A stretch of DNA of 63,966 nt, counting the filler, from Pelomyxa schiedti (Eukaryota; Protista; Evosea), in assembly GCA_020536535.1 (NCBI GenBank). It is 11 parts of 11 records of this genome, joined end to end, with 100 filler letters (N's around TTAATTAATTAA, not from the genome) between each part and the next. Parts side by side here need not be neighbours in the genome. Positions count along the whole stretch, not along the records: positions 57,179 to 59,318 come from JAHLWZ010002112.1; positions 59,419 to 61,580 come from JAHLWZ010002099.1; positions 61,681 to 62,714 come from JAHLWZ010002962.1; positions 62,815 to 63,966 come from JAHLWZ010002758.1; 7 more parts are not named here. One strand, 5' to 3'. Made by a program: the position numbers and the translations under genes. Of the stretch, positions 58,560-63,966 are shown piece after piece. Numbering within the stretch: position 1 is the first letter of the stretch; every line of letters starts with the position of its first letter. The notes below the pieces were generated by a model, which saw nothing but the letters and a program-made list of their open reading frames with translations, searched no databases and was not told the DNA's origin.

Positions 58560-59060
58560 ATGGTGGACAAAAAAGGTTATACTTTATGGGATCTAGACAT
58601 GAGCTCCAATCTTCAATTTATACTGTCAGCTACAGGAGCCGCTCTGAACTTCAAGAAGACAGAAGTCCTGGCATCCCACCCCCCACAGGCTAAAGATAAA
58701 ACATCATCAGTGTGGCCAGTACAGACAGTAACAAAGTACAAATACCTTGGAGTCCTTATTGACCATGATAAGGCCCAGAAAAGGGCTCTAGACATTATAC
58801 CCAAAGTCCTCAGCCTACAACAGAAAATAGTAGTCACCAACATGAACACAATACCAATGCCGTTTTGAAATCTTCTCCAAGTCAAGTCTGGCATCCATAC
58901 ATGACCAAAATTTTCCACTTAATCACTCCCTCCAGCAGGAGAACACCTGCTGGATATGGAATGTTGCAGTGGCCAGTTCAGGATATCGGAACCCCAACCG
59001 GCATAATCCTCTCATCAAAGATTCCAATACAACCCACCTTTACAAAGTCTTAACATAGGA
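58560..59060 (+). mobile_element. Degenerate non-LTR reverse transcriptase fragment
   Basis: LQFILSATGAALNFKKTEVL...VTKYKYLGVLI matches the RT C-terminal (GLxINxxKT / YKYLG) motifs. In-frame stop follows and no YADD is retained. Confidence 0.55.
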
Positions 59061-59648
59061 GGAAAGATGATTACAATAAACATCAGTTTTTTGTTTGACT
59101 GGGTGAAAGGTTTTTTCTTCAAAGACCAGAGGGTTTATGATTATAAAAAGCAGCAAAAAACCAACACATTGAAGCCCTAAAGCAGCAAGACAAGGGTACG
59201 TGCTTGGATGGTCTTACCATATGTGAGGCCTGGTATAACACACAGTGAAACAATCCCAGATTGGGGTGGTGCCTGCAAGCTGGGAAACACATCCATCTGT
59301 GATGGAATAAAGGGTGTTNNNNNNNNNNNNNNNNNNNNNNNNNNNNNNNNNNNNNNNNNNNNTTAATTAATTAANNNNNNNNNNNNNNNNNNNNNNNNNN
59401 NNNNNNNNNNNNNNNNNNTACTTCTCTTCTTCAGACCACAGAGAATGATTGCCCACAGGTTCCTTTTTCCGGAACCACTGCACACTGTACATATGCCAAA
59501 GCAAAAGAAAAGCCTCATGTCCATAAATACTACAGAAATACTTAAAGTTTCCACTTTTTTTCAAGTTAGAAAACACCAAAACCACTATTTTGCACATGAA
59601 CAAATTTTATGTAATGCCTATGACGTGGCCTGAAAAACAAGAAACAAA

Positions 59649-60680
59649 ATGGAAGAACGCAAGGTGACGGAGGCGTCGAGGCGGCACGTGGCGTGGGCGC
59701 GGGATCAATTCCTCGCAGTTGCACTGAGTCATCACCGTCGGTGTGGTCGCCGCAGTGCCGCGCGCGTGCTGCCTCACCCAGTCCTCGTTGATGTCATTGG
59801 CAGGGAGCTCGTCATGTCGCCGTGCAAAACTGTGTCAGTCGATGTCAGAGTGGTGGTATATTCACCGGTGCCCACAGCTGTGTGTGTGGGCGTGTCAATC
59901 ACTTTGGGTGTGACGTGGCTGCGGGAGAGCCAAGGACACGGCAGTTTTCTGACTTGCATCGAAGACGGTGTTTTGGAGATGCGCAGCCGTGGCAGTGACT
60001 ACGACCTGGTGATGAAAGACTGGGGAACTGGGTTGGAGCGTGTGGAATGGAGGGGTGGTGTGTTTTTATGCGAGGTGGTGAGGAATGACAAGTGGGTGCT
60101 CGTGGAATGGCAGAGGCAGACTGAGAGCCAGTTGGACCCCAACAAGAAGCCAGAGGAAAGGCTGCTCCTGCCGGTTTTGGGGGCCAATGTCCGCGGGGAG
60201 TGTCGCAGTGTGATGGCCCCGCAGGGAGTTCATTTCAAGTGGATTGCGATGCTGGACGGTGATGATGCCATTGTGTCGACTCTGCCCCTGAGCTGGAACC
60301 ATAAGCTCAAAGAAACGCTTTGGCGTGTGAATCTGAGGGAAACATACAACACCTCCCAATTTGTGCCAATTGCGGAAATTCCTGGTTACACCAGCAACAT
60401 GAATCGGCAGATTGAGATGATGTTGAACTCCCGCGAGCATGGCCTCATTGCAGCCGTGTGTGACCAGAGATATGGGTATGAAGGTAGGAATTCTTGCCAG
60501 CTGATACGATTGCGGCCAAACTCGAAATCCCGGGAATTGCTGAGAGGGGGAAGGCCCAAGCCATTCAGGGTTGATTCCGGCCACTGGTTGGAAGCAGTAT
60601 CAGATGACAGCAACCCATCCAATGTCACCCTCAGGTTGTTCTCCACAGAGGACTTGGACAATCCAATTCGTGACAAGTGA
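59649..60680 (+). CDS. Lineage-specific intronless protein with N-terminal ARDQF..SHHxRCG motif
   Basis: 343-aa ORF, paralogous to 60940-61580. Confidence 0.75.
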   Translation: MEERKVTEASRRHVAWARDQFLAVALSHHRRCGRRSAARVLPHPVLVDVIGRELVMSPCKTVSVDVRVVVYSPVPTAVCVGVSITLGVTWLRESQGHGSFLTCIEDGVLEMRSRGSDYDLVMKDWGTGLERVEWRGGVFLCEVVRNDKWVLVEWQRQTESQLDPNKKPEERLLLPVLGANVRGECRSVMAPQGVHFKWIAMLDGDDAIVSTLPLSWNHKLKETLWRVNLRETYNTSQFVPIAEIPGYTSNMNRQIEMMLNSREHGLIAAVCDQRYGYEGRNSCQLIRLRPNSKSRELLRGGRPKPFRVDSGHWLEAVSDDSNPSNVTLRLFSTEDLDNPIRDK

Positions 60681-60939
60681 GATGCAGCAACGGGTTCATT
60701 GTATTTCTTGTGCAAAGCAAGCCTTTCTGTCACATGACATTGTCAATGCACTTTCTGGCTCATGGCTCTTCCGCCACCCACTCCCGTTGGATCGTTTCGT
60801 ATATGCATCTTTTGGTAGACATGATGTCATATAATCTTAAATGTTTGTCAAAAAGGAATAAAATATTGTCCTTACCAATACATGACTGTGCGAGATATTG
60901 TAGTGTGCAGTAGAACAACAAACGCGATGAAGCAGATCA

Positions 60940-61580
60940 ATGGAGCCACAGACCGATGCATATAAACCAACACATGTAGCATGGGCACGGGATCAATTCG
61001 TCGCACTTGCACTGAGTCATCACCCTCGATGTGGCTGCTCGAGCCCTGCCCGAGTTCTGCCTCAACCTGTCCTCGTTGATGAAATTGGCAGGGAATTGGT
61101 CATGTCAGTGGAAAGAACTGTGTCAATTGGCATGAGGGTGCTGTCGGACTTTGCTACACCGTGGTTGTGTGTGAGTCTGTCAGTTACATTGGGGGTGGTG
61201 TGGTTGCGTGAGTTCAGGTGCCTGATAAAGGGTGAAAGTAGCAGTGAGTTCCTTGCTTGCTTTGACGACTGTGTGATGGAGCTGAGAAGAGAGGAAAGAG
61301 GAGATGCTGTGGTAGTGAGGACAGAGTGGAACTCTGGGTTGCAGCACATAGAGTGGACAGGGATTTGCATTTCCCGGGAGGTGAGGCGAAATAACAAATG
61401 GATGTTTCTGGGGATCACTGCAGGAACGGAATTTGTGACGTTGCTATGGCCTGTGGGGATCAATATCCGCGGGTCATGTCACAATATCGCGAGTCCAAAG
61501 GGAATCTCTTTGAGGTGGATTGCGATGTTGGAGGGTGACGAAGCTCTTGTGTCAACGCTGCCGCAGAACGGGGGACCAAA
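60940..61580 (+). CDS. Tandem paralog of the ARDQF-motif protein, 3' end in gap
   Basis: HVAWARDQFVALALSHHPRCG..ARVLPQPVLVDEIGRELVMS, and WIAMLEGDEALVSTLP, align with the preceding ORF. Confidence 0.75.
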
Positions 61581-61701
61581 NNNNNNNNNNNNNNNNNNNN
61601 NNNNNNNNNNNNNNNNNNNNNNNNTTAATTAATTAANNNNNNNNNNNNNNNNNNNNNNNNNNNNNNNNNNNNNNNNNNNNACAACTTTTATCGTTCAAAG
61701 A

Positions 61702-62714
61702 ATGGCTACCGACAACACTCGCCTACTGGATGCCGAGTCGCAGGCAACCAACTGCACATACAAAAAGATCACTACTCAAGTTATTGCCGTTGACAATAGC
61801 CTGGACTCCGAAGGTTTCCACTGCGGCGAAGTTCCTGTCCTTTCTTCATGTGTGACGACTTCGACGTGTGGGGGATACCAAATCCTGAGGGAGTGCGAGG
61901 AACAACCCGCGAATGTAGCAGGAGGCGTTTCCGTTTCGTTTAGAAACGTGCGGTACACTATAGAAACCGCGGAACGGAAGGAGAGCAACGGCGGCATGCT
62001 GGATTCGGCCATGTCGCAGCTCTCCATGTGCCGCAGGAAGCGCACCGAGACTATTTTGCACGGAGTTTCTGGCCACGTTCCTGCCGGAAAATTACTGGCC
62101 ATAATGGGTCCCTCGGGGTCTGGGAAAACGACGTTGGTGGACATTTTGGCCCTTAGGCCAAAGACTGGAAAGGCCACCGGCTACGTCGCGTGGCAAGTAC
62201 TACAGACGCCACCATCAGTGCAAATTTTGCAGTCTATGCAAACTGCAACTTCGACACTGGACATGGTGCGATACACCCCGGTGGAGTCCCATAATTTAGC
62301 TGCGTATGTAATGCAAGACGACGTATTTCTAGGTACCATATATCTATTATTACATATTACTTACCTGTTCCTAAGGTAACCTTACTGTACGAGAAACCCT
62401 ACGTTACTCTCTACGCCTTAAACAGAAGTGTGAATCTGACACGGCCAGAGAGAACAAACTTATAAATACCTGGATATCTAAAATGAAGTTGGATAAAGTA
62501 GCTGATAAACCAGTTGGCACTCCCCTAAAAAGAGGGGTATGTCTTTAAAACACCATTATGGATAGCCATTACAGAGCTACAAAGATTTCTGGGGGTGAGA
62601 GAAGACGTTTAAGCATTGCTGTTGAGATGCTTACATCACCATCTCTCCTTTTTATTGACGAAGTAACAACTGGGTTGGATGCACAAAATGCCCTGCGTGT
62701 GATGGAATCTGTGA
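61702..62714 (+). CDS. ABCG: ABCG (White-type) transporter, N-terminal NBD, 3' end in gap
   Basis: [26 protein letters not shown], signature [12 protein letters not shown], Walker [11 protein letters not shown]. Confidence 0.92.
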
Positions 62715-63468
62715 NNNNNNNNNNNNNNNNNNNNNNNNNNNNNNNNNNNNNNNNNNNNTTAATTAATTAANNNNNNNNNNNNNNNNNNNNNNNNNNNNNN
62801 NNNNNNNNNNNNNNGGCAAGTGCTACTGTGATTCTGGCGGATGCCGGCATCGGCCAGGTCCTGGTGCGACAGTATTACTAGCAGGGGGCATAGATACAGG
62901 AGGGTGCCGGTTCAGGCAAGCCAATGCAGCACTGCTGGCAGCTGGTTGGCGGTAGCTGCATGCAGGCACAAACAAAGAAGAAGCTTCTTGCCGTACTCAG
63001 CCAGTTGTTCCTGTATGTAGGTGAGCATAAAGGTAGTAGGCCCAGTGAGAGTATGCCTGCTGTGCGTTTTCATTTCTGTCAGTGCGGAGGTCAGGCTAGG
63101 TACTACAATAGGTTAGATTGCAGTGCAAAGAGAACAGGGGAAATAGACCTACAAGGTGCTACTTCACAGTGCTGGCAACTTTGAGAAACATTGGGGCTGA
63201 GACCTGCACCTCACATGAGACTGTGGAAGAAAAGGGGAGGGGTGCATGCTGGCAAAGGTTATTCTCTCGGTTTTGGGGGCCCTGTGGTGCAGGAGGTGGG
63301 TATGGTGCCTGCCACTAGCTGGCAACAGTGAAGGCATTCTACATCTCGTTGGTCTCTCAGAGTTCTTGGTTGTTTGATCACCTGTGCAAAAAATCCAAAT
63401 GGGAGAATGGAGTGTGCCTCAAAGTGGCTAAGTCCGTTACAGTGTACTGCAGGCAAGTTCAACATTAG

Positions 63469-63966
63469 GTATCTTGGAGGAATGTTGTGGGTGATACGGC
63501 ATCTTCCCAGGCCAATAGCTTGTTTCCTCGCCGGGAAGATGGGGCAGACCTACCATGCAAAAACAATGACACACGAGGATGCCAAGGTTGACAAGCAAAG
63601 TTCTTCCTGTTTGAATTTATAGAAATTCTTTCACACTAGGCTTTTATCACATACAAAGGGGAAATCTGCCACGACCTGGGAGAAAAGATTATCCCCTACG
63701 AGATTGCTAGAACACTTGTTCTCAAGGGTCCCACCAAAGTTGGTGTGATACAGTGCCCATGCCGCGCAATTAAAGAACATGGCTGCACTCCAATGGATGT
63801 AAGCTTACTTCCAAACCCTACACCCACCAAAGACCTCACTCAATTCAACCAAAACAAAACAAAAGGTGTGCATGGTTCTTGGATTCTTTGTCGAACCAAC
63901 TGCGAGGGTGAAGCCGCTTCGGTACCTAACAACCCAAGAAGCCGTGGAGCTTCTCGAGGCCGAGCA
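63469..63966 (+). CDS. Spliced gene for a prokaryote-type 4Fe-4S-binding protein, truncated by window end; 5' exons unresolved
   Basis: Exons join as QTYHAKTMTHEDAK|AFITYKGEICHDLGEKIIPYEIARTLVL...QCPCRAIKEHGCTPMD|VCMVLG...TTQEAVELLEAE. Introns at 63587-63639 and 63799-63865. Confidence 0.7.

Noticed and set aside
57705-58560. Possible gene with CSLC...RCP knuckle-like motif
   Set aside because: The His ligand is missing and there is an in-frame TAG at about 58217. It cannot be supported as a gene or assigned to an element.
1018-62814. Recurrent TTAATTAATTAA palindrome
   Set aside because: Always embedded in N runs and supplies stops in six frames. It is a scaffolding spacer, not biology. 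Gene order across these joins is less reliable.
1-63966. tRNA, rRNA or snRNA genes
   Set aside because: No cloverleaf, rRNA signature or Sm-site context recognised by eye. A covariance-model scan would be needed to exclude them.

Overview
Eukaryotic, intron-dense draft scaffold. Most introns are GT-AG, about 35-70 nt, with CTAAC/CTGAC branch points, and there are 15 N-gaps. The gene style and lineage-specific families most resemble an anaerobic archamoeba such as Pelomyxa (inference, not verified). No prokaryotic operons, RNA genes or CRISPR arrays were seen. 1-17 kb is compact housekeeping DNA: importin-alpha, GRWD1/RRB1, CCDC25, VDAC-like porin, an AGC kinase, LanC-like protein and a GT10 fucosyltransferase. 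17-42 kb holds the most interesting material. One part is an almost intron-free gene of about 8.9 kb for a STAND/NACHT (NLR-like) protein with ARM-like, NACHT, pentapeptide and beta-propeller regions, integrated DC1 zinc fingers and an RS tail. Directly upstream is a tandem family of TRIM-like E3 ligase genes (RING, B-box1, B-box2, coiled coil, FN3, discoidin/F5-8C-like domain). Their terminal domains differ almost only in clustered, probably loop, positions, and the family includes a RING-less paralog. Together these suggest an undescribed innate-immunity-like locus in a protist (hypothesis). VPS29, a RAP1-like gene and an NHL-repeat gene are interleaved. 42-64 kb holds NMNAT, a carrier-like membrane protein, lineage-specific families, retroelement relics, repeats, an ABCG transporter and a spliced gene for a prokaryote-type Fe-S protein cut by the window end. 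Exon boundaries were read by eye, and family assignments rest on recalled motifs, not on searches.
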